This document shows, in pieces, positions 19,761-29,485 of a stretch of DNA of 64,000 bases. Made by a program: the position numbers and the translations under genes. Each line of letters opens with the position of its first letter. Positions within the stretch are counted from its first letter, which is position 1. Source of the stretch: Promethearchaeota archaeon (GTDB lineage Archaea; Asgardarchaeota; Lokiarchaeia; Sigyniarchaeales; SOKP01); contig JBHLLT010000015.1 of assembly GCA_048938855.1 (NCBI GenBank), positions 10,833 through 74,832 on the forward strand. The letters are read 5' to 3'. Below the pieces are notes generated by a model that saw only the letters and a program-made list of their open reading frames with translations, was not told where the DNA came from and ran no database searches.

Positions 19761-20571
19761 ATTTCTGAGTTAAAGTAATAGCGTGGTTCGGACATTTTGA
19801 AACACAAATACCACATCCAAAACATTTAATTGGATTAAATTGGATTATATCATTGATAATTTTCCGTGCTCCGAAATGACACCATTTCTCACACGTTCCA
19901 CAATTAATGCAACTCTCTAAATTTGTTGTCGCGATAAAATCGCTTTTAATCATCTGTGGAGATCCATAGTTAAGGAATTTATTCAACACCACACAGCAAC
20001 AAGAACAACAATTACATATTATATAGTAAAACTGAGGAGTTGGAAAATAGATTAATTGGTGAATTAGTCCTCTTTCATCGCATTCTTCAAGAAGATCTTC
20101 AACTTCTTTTTTTGAAACTTTCTTTAAGTTATGAGACTTATAAGGAATTTCATAAAGAGATTTCCCAAAACTTAGATGAATACATGAAAATAAGGGATGA
20201 TCACAGTTCGGCTCATTGTATTTTCTTTGAACAGAACGACAATAGCACCAACTTATCCCTACTACATTTGAACGCTTTATTATTTCCAAAATTTCTTGAG
20301 AAGAGATAAATTTTGATTCAAAATTAATATTTTTACCCAAGGGAACAACTCTTCCACCCCAACGTCCTTTTAATAGATATTTATTAATTTTTCCCCATGA
20401 ATATATATTAAATTTGTAATCAATTCTTCTAAAAAACTCAAGAATATATACTTCAAAGGCTCCAAATAGACTTGATAATAATTTCCCAATGGCTGGAACC
20501 TTTTTCAGGATATTATCAATCCAAGTTTTAAATTCTCGATATGGTAATGAATCCTTGTTATTTTTTATCAT
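19759..20571 (-). CDS. 4Fe-4S binding protein (CxC / ICNCCxCCC motif plus 2[4Fe-4S] ferredoxin domain)
   Basis: CYCR, ICNCCSCCC, CINCGTCEKWC and CFGCGICVSKCP motifs. Confidence 0.85.
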   Translation of the reverse strand: MIKNNKDSLPYREFKTWIDNILKKVPAIGKLLSSLFGAFEVYILEFFRRIDYKFNIYSWGKINKYLLKGRWGGRVVPLGKNINFESKFISSQEILEIIKRSNVVGISWCYCRSVQRKYNEPNCDHPLFSCIHLSFGKSLYEIPYKSHNLKKVSKKEVEDLLEECDERGLIHQLIYFPTPQFYYIICNCCSCCCVVLNKFLNYGSPQMIKSDFIATTNLESCINCGTCEKWCHFGARKIINDIIQFNPIKCFGCGICVSKCPNHAITLTQK

Positions 20572-20827
20572 CTTACCTTCCGGGTTCTATTCAGAGGTTT
20601 TTGTCCAAAAATTTATAAATACTTTTTAGCTGTAGTATACATAAATGTAATTTAATCCAAATAGATATTCAAAATCTTTTTCCCATTTGTACATTCCATT
20701 TAAAAAGAATGCTATCTAATTGTATATCTTAAATAATAGTATTAAAATAAATATAACCTATTTAATGTAAATCCAGTGATAAGGTAAGAAAGAAAATTTA
20801 ACTGAAAATTAAATAGATGACAATTTA

Positions 20828-23329
20828 ATGACTGCAAAGAGTTTAAGCCTTTATGCAATAGCAAAATATGCCAATCAGGAACTTTTATTAGAATCTTTAC
20901 TTCAAGCAAAGGGTTCTTTTCAATCATTGTTTTTAGAAAAATTTCGAAAAAGACAAAGAACTCTTAAAATTAAAGTAATTGCCACAAAAATATTATACTC
21001 TGTTATCTTTGGGATTTTACCTGTGATGTTGATTTTTACATATATAGAAATCATCCAAAGCGCTGATTTATACCCATTTTCACCCGATAATATTATATTT
21101 ACGGGCGTAATTTTTTTTGGGTTGTATTTTGTTCTGCAGTTTTTTAATTTTTTCCTCATGGGTATATTAGAGTCCAGTATGGTGATGTCAGGCTTAATTT
21201 TCAGCTGGTTCGAAACATTACCTATTCCAAGAGAAAAACTAAGGAAATTAGCATATTTAACGATTTTTCGAACTTTTGATCTACCGATTATATGCATAAT
21301 ATTTGGATTTCCAATTACAATGCTAATACAAACTCAAAATATTTTAATTTTTTTTATCAGTCTTGGTATTTCCTTTGTAAATATACTATTTTCATTCGAT
21401 TTACTTATATTATTTGGGGAAAGACTGCATCGCGTTTTATATTCTAATAAAACTAGCCCTAAAAAAGCTCTTTTAGTTAGATTAATCAACATATTAAGTT
21501 ATATTGCCGTAATACTTGGGACTATTTATATTATCCAATGGGTTTTTGGGTCAATAGAATATGTTTTTAGTACAATGATCTTATTTCCTCATGCTCAATT
21601 GCTAAATATAATCTTTAGTACACTTCCTTATCCATTTAATCCTAGTTATATATTGTCATTAGCAATTACTCCAACTCTTCTTTCAGTTAATTTATGGATT
21701 AGTACTTTTGTTGGATTAGGACTTTTTATTATAATAACCTATGTAGTTCATAGGAAAACGTCAAAAACTCTCTTTAAAATTACCAACTATAGTTCGCTTA
21801 ACTCTCGACAAGTGTACCAGAAAGAAGAAATCGAAATTAAAATCAAGATACGTACTTCTATTGGTGCATTTTTAAGAAAAGATCTTGCTGTAGCATCTCA
21901 TGATATTAAAGTCTTTCTCTCATTAATTATGCCTATAATATTAGCATGCATATTCACTTTCTCTTTTAATATTGGATTAGTTTCTAGTCCTATTATATTC
22001 GAAAGGGATGTTATAATCTATTGCTTAGGTATATTATTATTTTGTCCTATAATCTCTAGTATGCTGGTTTATGGAATATCTTATATAGATTTGTCAGGAG
22101 AAACTGTTTTGGCGGGATTACCTATTATTCCTCGAGATAGAGTTAAAGCTAAATTAATCCTGATGATAATCCTTCAGACTATAGCTTTAATTTCTCCTTC
22201 TTTAATGTATTTATTCACTCCAAAATTTTCTAGTTTCTTTTTTGCTACTATTATAATGGCTCCATTTGTGTGGATTTTTCTTCTTTTGACTTATGAATTA
22301 AAAATTTATTTTTTTAACAAGTTTGGAAAGCGTTATGTAATTGGTGATATAAATCCAGAGAAAAGAATTGTAAAATGGGCACTAATTATTTGCGTACAAT
22401 ATGTAATTAATTTTTGGATTACATCTTTTGTGCTTATTTTTTTTATTAGTCAATTAACTTCTGTAATTGCTACATTTTATCTTATAATAACAATTGTAAG
22501 TGCCCTATTGAGTATTTTAATCCTAAATAGTATGTTTCCAATTATTCGAGAAAGAAGATCTAAGCATTTGAAAGACACAGGTTCAACCTATTTCACACGC
22601 CATACATGGGTAAGTCTATTTGTTTTATTTGTTTTATACAATATACATTTATATATATCAATATTTTTAACTAACATTTTTGCTCAACCAGTTTATATTG
22701 ATATCTTTAATGATTATTATTTTAATGCTTTTAGCTTAATTGGCTTACTTTTACTTAATTTGAGTTTTGCTCCACTATTTTTTATCCTAATTCCAAAATA
22801 TTTAGGCTTACCATATGGAAAACGACCATTACGTCAATACTTACCCAATATTAAAGCAGGGTGGTTAATAAAATTCTCAAAAATTCTTCTTTGGTCAATA
22901 TTAGGATTAATACTATTCTACGTTACAACATTTATAACAAATATAGGGTATTTAATTTCACCTGGTATTATTGCTATTAATATGATGGTATTTATAGTAA
23001 TTCTAAATACAAATTTTTCTTTTTGGTCAGAATTATTTTATAGAGGAATAGTTTTGACTATACTTCTAAAGAACAATAGGAAGAAATCAACTGCAATCAT
23101 ATTAAACGCATTAATTGTTTTAATATCTTTTATAATAATTCAAAATTTATTGTATCGCCAACTAATTATCTTTTATTCCCCTTTTAATTATTTAATAATG
23201 TTTCTTCAGCAAGCTTTACTAGCCTACTTATGTATTAAAACAAAGAGTATTTTTCCAGGAATTATAATAAGAGTGGTTTTAATAAGTATACTTAATTTAA
23301 CAATAGTTCCTATTTTTGTTATATATTAA
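20828..23329 (+). CDS. Large membrane protein: ABC-2-type permease-like region fused to a degenerate CPBP (Abi/Rce1) domain
   Basis: About 20 TM; TLPIPR and FLRKDL permease-like motifs; C-terminal FWSELFYRG and KTKSIFPGII resemble CPBP motifs 1 and 3 without the catalytic residues. Confidence 0.6.
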   Translation: MTAKSLSLYAIAKYANQELLLESLLQAKGSFQSLFLEKFRKRQRTLKIKVIATKILYSVIFGILPVMLIFTYIEIIQSADLYPFSPDNIIFTGVIFFGLYFVLQFFNFFLMGILESSMVMSGLIFSWFETLPIPREKLRKLAYLTIFRTFDLPIICIIFGFPITMLIQTQNILIFFISLGISFVNILFSFDLLILFGERLHRVLYSNKTSPKKALLVRLINILSYIAVILGTIYIIQWVFGSIEYVFSTMILFPHAQLLNIIFSTLPYPFNPSYILSLAITPTLLSVNLWISTFVGLGLFIIITYVVHRKTSKTLFKITNYSSLNSRQVYQKEEIEIKIKIRTSIGAFLRKDLAVASHDIKVFLSLIMPIILACIFTFSFNIGLVSSPIIFERDVIIYCLGILLFCPIISSMLVYGISYIDLSGETVLAGLPIIPRDRVKAKLILMIILQTIALISPSLMYLFTPKFSSFFFATIIMAPFVWIFLLLTYELKIYFFNKFGKRYVIGDINPEKRIVKWALIICVQYVINFWITSFVLIFFISQLTSVIATFYLIITIVSALLSILILNSMFPIIRERRSKHLKDTGSTYFTRHTWVSLFVLFVLYNIHLYISIFLTNIFAQPVYIDIFNDYYFNAFSLIGLLLLNLSFAPLFFILIPKYLGLPYGKRPLRQYLPNIKAGWLIKFSKILLWSILGLILFYVTTFITNIGYLISPGIIAINMMVFIVILNTNFSFWSELFYRGIVLTILLKNNRKKSTAIILNALIVLISFIIIQNLLYRQLIIFYSPFNYLIMFLQQALLAYLCIKTKSIFPGIIIRVVLISILNLTIVPIFVIY

Positions 23330-23405
23330 TTTAAAAATTATATTGTATAAATTATTGATTAAAAAGATAGTTAAATTCTTTTAGAATCCTATTTATTGAT
23401 TAATT

Positions 23406-23885
23406 ATGAAAATAAGTATAACCTATGAAGAAAAACTTCAAATCGATACTCAGAAGGCTTTTGAACTAACACAACAATGGTTAGGAGGACAATATAAGGC
23501 GAAGATTAAGAAATCAATACCTCCTACATTTATTGAGGCAAAACAAGGAACAATGTTGACTAACACGGGTCATGATCCGAATTGGAAAAAGAGAATTACT
23601 ATTAATTTCTATGCATTGGAAGGAGACCAAACGTTAGTTAGAGTTGAAGCGATTCCCCTTGCCAGAAATATTTTTAGAGTAGAAAAACTAAAACAATCTT
23701 GGTATAATGGACTATTTTCTCATCTATTCTCACTTTTAAAAACATATGACCAATCCACAAAACATGAAAAAATCAAAGAAACTAATATTATCGAAGGAAC
23801 GAAAATTAGATATTGTACATATTGTGGAAATAAAATTGAAGAAAATGTTAAAATATGTCCTAGTTGTGGTATACAGATAGACTAG
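23406..23885 (+). CDS. Zinc-ribbon domain protein
   Basis: C-terminal CTYCG...CPSCG. Confidence 0.75.
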   Translation: MKISITYEEKLQIDTQKAFELTQQWLGGQYKAKIKKSIPPTFIEAKQGTMLTNTGHDPNWKKRITINFYALEGDQTLVRVEAIPLARNIFRVEKLKQSWYNGLFSHLFSLLKTYDQSTKHEKIKETNIIEGTKIRYCTYCGNKIEENVKICPSCGIQID

Positions 23886-24282
23886 TTAATGAAAATGTTT
23901 CTTCTCATAAGTTTTTATAGTAATTATTTCTAAAATTTGTCGGACTCTTTCAACTTAAATGAAAGAGGATCATTTATCCTCTTGTGACAAGTACAGATTC
24001 TTTTTATGATTGGGAATTAAGAATAAGAACTAAACCCCATTATCTTAAAAAAAAGAAAAAAAGTAAAAATGAAAATTGTTTAGGTATCTCTACTGAGGAC
24101 TTTAAAAAATACATAAAATTATGGAAAAGTAAAAATATTGCATTCTAATTCTTTTCTCAAATTCTTCTCTTTTCTCACTCATAATCCTGTTTGCAATTGA
24201 AAAAGAATTTTGCTTTTTATAATAATTATTGTTCAATAATAATAGTTAAGATTAGAAGTATTAGTGGTATAGAAAGAAGGGA

Positions 24283-24627
24283 CGAGAAGTTGCCAATGAA
24301 TCCCAGAAGGTTTTCATAAGCAAACGGTATTGTTATTTTTCACTTTCATGAAAAAATTACAAAACATTAAATCATTTTGCGTCATGAAGAGAAATACCAT
24401 ACAATGAATAATTTCTTACTCGTCGGATGGTGTTATCGTTTGATAACCTTACCAATTCTTGCGAATCAGCCAGATCGAACACCGAATATAAACCAAATGG
24501 CTTACATTTTAGTTCAAATTATGCTTTTACACATAATCTCTTTCCATATCGCAACAGATTACCTTGCGGTGCCAATGCTTTGAGGTAACAATACCTCTTC
24601 TCGACGTTCAAACCGTTAGGATTGAAC
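24283..24627 (-). ncRNA. Unclassified ~345-nt highly structured non-coding RNA
   Basis: Nested long-range helices (24283-89/24597-603; 24326-35/24586-95; 24377-81/24550-54) and at least 7 local hairpins with GCAA, GCAA, GAAA and UAAC tetraloops; G-U pairs form only on the minus strand; TATA box upstream. Confidence 0.7.
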
Positions 24628-24649
24628 AATATATGTTTTGAAGGATTCA

Positions 24650-24657
24650 TATTTAAA
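24650..24657 (-). promoter_or_regulatory. TATA box for the structured RNA
   Basis: TTTAAATA on the minus strand, ending 22 nt before the first paired base of the RNA (24627), consistent with archaeal TATA-to-TSS spacing. Confidence 0.5.
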
Positions 24658-24787
24658 TCACACTATTAAGGGATTATTATATATTTTTGTCGAAGAAAAC
24701 AGTTTATGTAATTTTTATGTCGGAGTTTTAAAACTTGGTTTTTTCAACATAAATACGAGTCATAAGATAAAAAAAGAAGGAGGAGAT

Positions 24788-25165
24788 TTAGAATGGCCAT
24801 ATATTTATTGTTACGTTCAATAGCGTACTTAGTAACAGAACCACAAGAACATATAACAGAAAAGCTATAACAGTTATTACAATTGCACTTAGAAATCCTA
24901 CATTATGGCTTACACAAATTAGTATCCAAGTTACTATTAAAGCAACTAACCAAGCGACCCAACCTTCTAAAAACAAAAATACTAAAGCAAAAGTGATAGT
25001 AATTAAGAAGGCTGTTAAAAAGACATTACCAAAATTAGTATGTTGTGCTTTACTAAAGAAACTTAAAGTAAGTTTCAAAAAAATTGTTATTACCAACAGG
25101 ACTATAAGGTAAAAGACTAAAAACCACATAACTTCTTCAAATGTTAGTAAAATCATTTTATTCAA
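24788..25165 (-). CDS. Small membrane protein (4 TM)
   Basis: Hydrophobic 125-aa ORF. Confidence 0.65.
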   Translation of the reverse strand: MNKMILLTFEEVMWFLVFYLIVLLVITIFLKLTLSFFSKAQHTNFGNVFLTAFLITITFALVFLFLEGWVAWLVALIVTWILICVSHNVGFLSAIVITVIAFLLYVLVVLLLSTLLNVTINIWPF

Positions 25166-25275
25166 ATCTGAGTTTATATTTAGTACTTTAAATCTTTAGA
25201 ATATTCTATATGGATAGAATAAAAAAATTAACATAGTATATAAGATAAATCTTATTTTGACAAAAGTGATTTTTA

Positions 25276-25641
25276 ATGAATTTAAGAGATCCAAAACTAA
25301 TAGCTCTTCAGTTTAATGAATATATTAATAATCAAGATATTAAGGGATTATCGAAGCTTATGACTGAAGGTCATATATTTATTGATAGAGCTAATGATCA
25401 TTATGGAGATATGGTTAATGGGTGGAAGGACTTCTTCAGCAGTTTTCCAACATATAAAAACTATTTTCATAGAGTAGATTCGCGAGGTAATATAGTAATT
25501 CTATTAGGTTATGCAAAATGGTCAAAAGACTCCTTAGAAAAAGATTATGCAATATGGACAGCTAAAATTGAAAATGATCTTGTATCTGAATGGCGTATTT
25601 ATGAAGATACGGAGGAAAATAGAAAATTACTAGAACTCTAA
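25276..25641 (+). CDS. NTF2/SnoaL-like protein
   Basis: FNEYINNQDIKGLSKLMTE...F.D and VSEWRIYED motifs. Confidence 0.8.
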   Translation: MNLRDPKLIALQFNEYINNQDIKGLSKLMTEGHIFIDRANDHYGDMVNGWKDFFSSFPTYKNYFHRVDSRGNIVILLGYAKWSKDSLEKDYAIWTAKIENDLVSEWRIYEDTEENRKLLEL

Positions 25642-25646
25642 AATAA

Positions 25647-25751
25647 CTATAAAAATATACCTGCGAGTAACATAAAAAGAAGACAAAGACCAGCTAAGCT
25701 TGAAAAACCAATAATAGTTAGTAGAACTTGATACCAATCTTTAATAGTCAT
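25647..25751 (-). CDS. Single-TM microprotein (34 aa)
   Basis: MTIKDWYQVLLTIIGFSSLAGLCLLFMLLAGIFL, with AAGGAG about 12 nt upstream. Confidence 0.45.
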   Translation of the reverse strand: MTIKDWYQVLLTIIGFSSLAGLCLLFMLLAGIFL

Positions 25752-25986
25752 AATTTTATATTTCTCCTTTATTTATTTTTCAAAAATATACTTATATCCA
25801 CTATTATATATAAAAGTATATATTTAAAAGTTATGATTTAACCTTATTAACTTCCCTCATCTATATGAGAATATTATATAATTTAAACTAGTATATATTT
25901 ATATATATTTTTATATACTAAATATTATTTAGATTTAAACTAATGTATTAAAAAATCTCTAAAAATATTATCCGAATGAGCTTAAT

Positions 25987-26946
25987 TTAAAATAAAATGA
26001 TTAAAACTCCGATAAAAGTTACTATAATTCCAATAAATTCAGTTTTCGAAATTGATTCCTTATTGATTAAGTAAGAAAAAGGGATTGTAAATAAAGGTAA
26101 TGCAGTAGAGATGATAGACATAAATATAGCACCTGCAGTATGAACTGCTTCTCCGAAAAAGACACTTCCAATTGAATAACTAAGTAAAGCAGATATAATA
26201 AGGATACTCCAAGTATTTTTTTTCTTTGGGATTGGAGTTTTTCTACTCTCTATAAATGCAATAATACTTAATGAAAGAGATGCGAATAGAAATCTTATCA
26301 TCATGGCTATCATTGTACTTAAAATTCCTAAACTTAATACTTGATCGACTTGGTTAATAGAGTAATCTGTAAGAGAAATACCTATTGCCCAAGAAATTGC
26401 CGTAGTCACTGCTAATAGCGTTCCTTTAATGCTTTTTGATATCCTATTTCTTTTTAAATCCTCCTGGTTACTATCTGTAAAAGAATCTGAATTGCTAAAA
26501 TCATGTTTCGAATTGATATTATTTTTTCCTTTTGTAATTATAATTACCCCAATTCCAATTAAGATTATCGAAAATACCATTAGAAGTGTAAAAGGTCGAT
26601 TCAAAAAGAAAGTAGAAAACAGCAATGTGAATAGTGGAGTTGTTGTTGAAATCGCAAGAGCTTTAGCAGGACCTAACATTTTTTGTGATTGAAGATATAC
26701 CGTATCCCCTATTATCACTGTAAACAAAATACTCATTATAAGAAATAAAACAATTAGTATCGAAAGAGAAAAGGTTTGTAAAAAGATACCCAATGATAAA
26801 GAGATAATTAAAAATGTGAAAAAACCAATAATTGAACGAATTGTAGTCTGAAAAATTGGTGTTGCATCATTTTGTATCCTCCTTGCTAATACAAATGAAA
26901 TAGCAAATGAAACATTGGTAAGAATTGCCATGATTTCCCCATACAT
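25987..26946 (-). CDS. DMT/EamA family transporter
   Basis: Two 5-TM repeats with GPAKALAISTTTPLF and PLFTIPFSYLINKESI. Confidence 0.88.
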   Translation of the reverse strand: MYGEIMAILTNVSFAISFVLARRIQNDATPIFQTTIRSIIGFFTFLIISLSLGIFLQTFSLSILIVLFLIMSILFTVIIGDTVYLQSQKMLGPAKALAISTTTPLFTLLFSTFFLNRPFTLLMVFSIILIGIGVIIITKGKNNINSKHDFSNSDSFTDSNQEDLKRNRISKSIKGTLLAVTTAISWAIGISLTDYSINQVDQVLSLGILSTMIAMMIRFLFASLSLSIIAFIESRKTPIPKKKNTWSILIISALLSYSIGSVFFGEAVHTAGAIFMSIISTALPLFTIPFSYLINKESISKTEFIGIIVTFIGVLIILF

Positions 26947-27141
26947 TTTTTAACATATCTCCTTCTTTCTTGTTGAATTTTCTAACTTTCCTTTTAAATT
27001 TTTACTATTCTCATAATTTATTTACCTCTCTTGCATTTTTAAAGAGAATTGTGTCTTTAATTGTTTATGCTTTAAATTTAAGGATATTATCCACAAGTGT
27101 CAATGGAATAGAAACTAGTCCAATGGATTTTTATATCAAAA

Positions 27142-27891
27142 ATGATAAAAAAAAATAGGAATCTAAAAAGTAATATAGATAGATTGTTGACTTGTAGTGC
27201 TTATAATTCTTGCAATTTTAATAAGATCCCTCCTTTAATCGGTTTTTTAATTGGAGATCAATTTGGAAATACCTTGATGGTAATTGAGTATGATTCAAAT
27301 GATAAAACCAACTTTAATCCAATTAAATCATATCTATCTGAAAATGAAAAAAGTCTTTTAGAAATGGATTTAATTTCGATGTATTTTAGCTCGTTAAAAG
27401 TATTTGCAGGTCAAACAAATATAAAGAATCTATCGAATTTGGAAGTACATGGTTCTAATATTAAGGTTCAAATTTTCTTTCTTTTAGATAAATACATGGT
27501 CATCTTATTTTTAAATTCCAAAACTGAACTAAATTTGAAAGAAAAGACACTTATTGTAAAATATTTTAATGAAATACTAACCAAATATGAATTTGAATTT
27601 AAACATTTTAATGCGGCAAAATCCAGGCAAATAATTGCTATGTTAGAAACTAAAGGAAAGGTATGGCTTAAACAATTAAATAATCATCATTTACATAGTT
27701 TTGAAGATACATATTTGAAAAAACATGAAATTATTGATGAATTAACAAGTGATATTGAGCCGATAATTAAAAAAGTACTTGTAGAATATCTAAAATACAT
27801 TCCAGAAGAAATTATGCAAAATATATCCAAAGAGATTAATAATAAAATTCAAGATTTATTATTTGGATTTGATTCTAATCTTAATTGCTAG
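27142..27891 (+). CDS. Longin-like domain protein with helical C-terminal extension
   Basis: GFLIGDQFGNTL (strands), DLISMYFSSLKVFA (helix), then NLEVHGSNIKVQIF...YMVILFLN (strands). Confidence 0.55.
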   Translation: MIKKNRNLKSNIDRLLTCSAYNSCNFNKIPPLIGFLIGDQFGNTLMVIEYDSNDKTNFNPIKSYLSENEKSLLEMDLISMYFSSLKVFAGQTNIKNLSNLEVHGSNIKVQIFFLLDKYMVILFLNSKTELNLKEKTLIVKYFNEILTKYEFEFKHFNAAKSRQIIAMLETKGKVWLKQLNNHHLHSFEDTYLKKHEIIDELTSDIEPIIKKVLVEYLKYIPEEIMQNISKEINNKIQDLLFGFDSNLNC

Positions 27892-27898
27892 ATATATA

Positions 27899-28279
27899 TT
27901 ATTTAATTTTATGAGAGAGTTTATGGACGATCCACCACTTATTCCCTATTTTCATTAAATTAAAGTAATCAATATAACCCACTTCTTCACATTTGATTTT
28001 AAGTTTAACAGCAGCATTATTCCCAGTAACATCAATACTGTAAAATTCAGTATTCCAAGTTAAATCCTCATTCACATTTTTAGGATTATACCATGACATA
28101 TATTCTTCTCTATCTACAATTCTAAATTGCCCCTCCTTATCATAAAAGAAAAATTTCCATTGTTCATGTAAAATCTTCTTATATAGCTCTGGATCGTTTT
28201 TAACATGACCCTCATGATAATAATCGAGTATATCTTTTTTAATTGCTAATATTTCTTCTTCATTGCTAGTGTTTGGCAT
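27899..28279 (-). CDS. NTF2-family (lumazine-binding-like) protein
   Basis: DYYHEGH, IDVTGNNAAVKL and YIDYFNLMKIGNKWWIVHK motifs. Confidence 0.85.
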   Translation of the reverse strand: MPNTSNEEEILAIKKDILDYYHEGHVKNDPELYKKILHEQWKFFFYDKEGQFRIVDREEYMSWYNPKNVNEDLTWNTEFYSIDVTGNNAAVKLKIKCEEVGYIDYFNLMKIGNKWWIVHKLSHKIK

Positions 28280-28555
28280 AATGTCTTTTTTTTCTTAGTA
28301 ATTTAAATAATGGTGAGTGAATAATGAGCAAGAAATATTTATATATTATTTAAAAAAAGCTTAATATACTCAATAATGAGATTTTTCAGTACAAATAATT
28401 CCGACTTATTTTGTTTTAATTATTGATCATATAATATTATAGAATTATAAATCTCAGGGCAATATTGAAAGAACTTAAAGAAGGAACAATAAATGCTAAT
28501 TGAATTAAGATTATAATTGAAAACTAAAATATTATCAATATCGTTAATATCTTTT

Positions 28556-28765
28556 TTACATTTCCGTTCTATGTTTTCTAATAATAATAAAACCGAGAAG
28601 GATAAAAACCAATTCAAAAAGAATATCTTTCACATATAAAACAATCCCGGTATACCAAATGAATAAACCTATTATTAGAGTAATAACGCTGTACACAACA
28701 GTTATTAAACCAATTGAAAATATTAAATATCCGATGATTAAATTAAGATCAGTTTTTCTACTCAA
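28556..28765 (-). CDS. Small 2-TM membrane protein
   Basis: 69-aa hydrophobic ORF with TTG start. Confidence 0.5.
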   Translation of the reverse strand: MSRKTDLNLIIGYLIFSIGLITVVYSVITLIIGLFIWYTGIVLYVKDILFELVFILLGFIIIRKHRTEM

Positions 28766-28906
28766 TTTTAATTCTCTAAAAAATGGGAGCTAATTTTTAA
28801 CTCTTGAGCTATTAAAGAATTTGATTATTAATATGAAAAGATACTATTTAAAATTCATCTAGAATATTTGAAATTTTCAAATTAACAGAATAAATAGGTT
28901 AGAATG

Positions 28907-29200
28907 CTAATCAAAACCAGAATATGTATTAAAATTTCGATATTTCTCGTGATAATTAAAATTCCTTCTTTTTGCCCTAAAGGGTCTTTCAGGCAGATTA
29001 AAATAACATTCAGGGCAAAAAATAATTACCATAGAATCATTCCAAAGCTCTTTAGCTCTTAATTCTGAAATTGATGAATTATCCCTCATAAATTCTGAAA
29101 ATGATATTGATTTTTTACATACCATACAGGCTTTATCTTCTCTAATCATATAAAAACTATTTTTATTCTCTTTTAGTAAATGAATATTTAAGTTTATCAT
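28907..29200 (-). CDS. Small CxxC...CxxC zinc-binding protein
   Basis: CMVC...FCPEC. Confidence 0.65.
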   Translation of the reverse strand: MINLNIHLLKENKNSFYMIREDKACMVCKKSISFSEFMRDNSSISELRAKELWNDSMVIIFCPECYFNLPERPFRAKRRNFNYHEKYRNFNTYSGFD

Positions 29201-29245
29201 ATAAAAAGATGGGACTCAGGTTATTTTTCATTAGAAATCTTATAG

Positions 29246-29340
29246 CATATTTATGTGAAGATCAAAAGAATCTTTTAGAAATGGACTTAATTTCGATGTA
29301 TTTTAGCTCATTAAGAGCATTTGCAGGACAAACAAATATT
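29246..29340 (+). pseudogene. Fragment paralogous to the longin-like gene at 27142-27891
   Basis: 29271-29339 matches 27354-27422 at 64/69 nt; encodes LLEMDLISMYFSSLRAFAGQTNI followed by an early stop. Confidence 0.8.
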
Positions 29341-29485
29341 CAAAAAATTTATTAAATTTTACATTAATGTATAATCCTTAAAAATAAAGGAATTTTATAT
29401 TCTTTTTAGTGAAATCTATTTAAAAATGTAATTAAAATTAGATAAAATAGTTTGAAAAAAAATAAAAAAGATGAGTTGATAAAAA

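Noticed and set aside
23958-23990. Second SECIS candidate (ATGA...GA around AGAGGAT/ATCCTCT)
   Set aside because: The GA is out of register with the stem, there is no AA apical loop, and the upstream gene has no in-frame TGA.
24377-24583. 68-aa plus-strand ORF (and 24638-24823)
   Set aside because: No motif, TTG start, and lies antisense within the structured RNA or over its promoter; likely spurious.
24283-24627. Identity of the structured RNA as RNase P, SRP RNA, tmRNA or a group I/II intron
   Set aside because: No GAGGAAAGUCC/ACAGAA..GGCUUA P4 strands, no SRP helix-8 motif, no tRNA-like ends, no P7 or domain V consensus on either strand.
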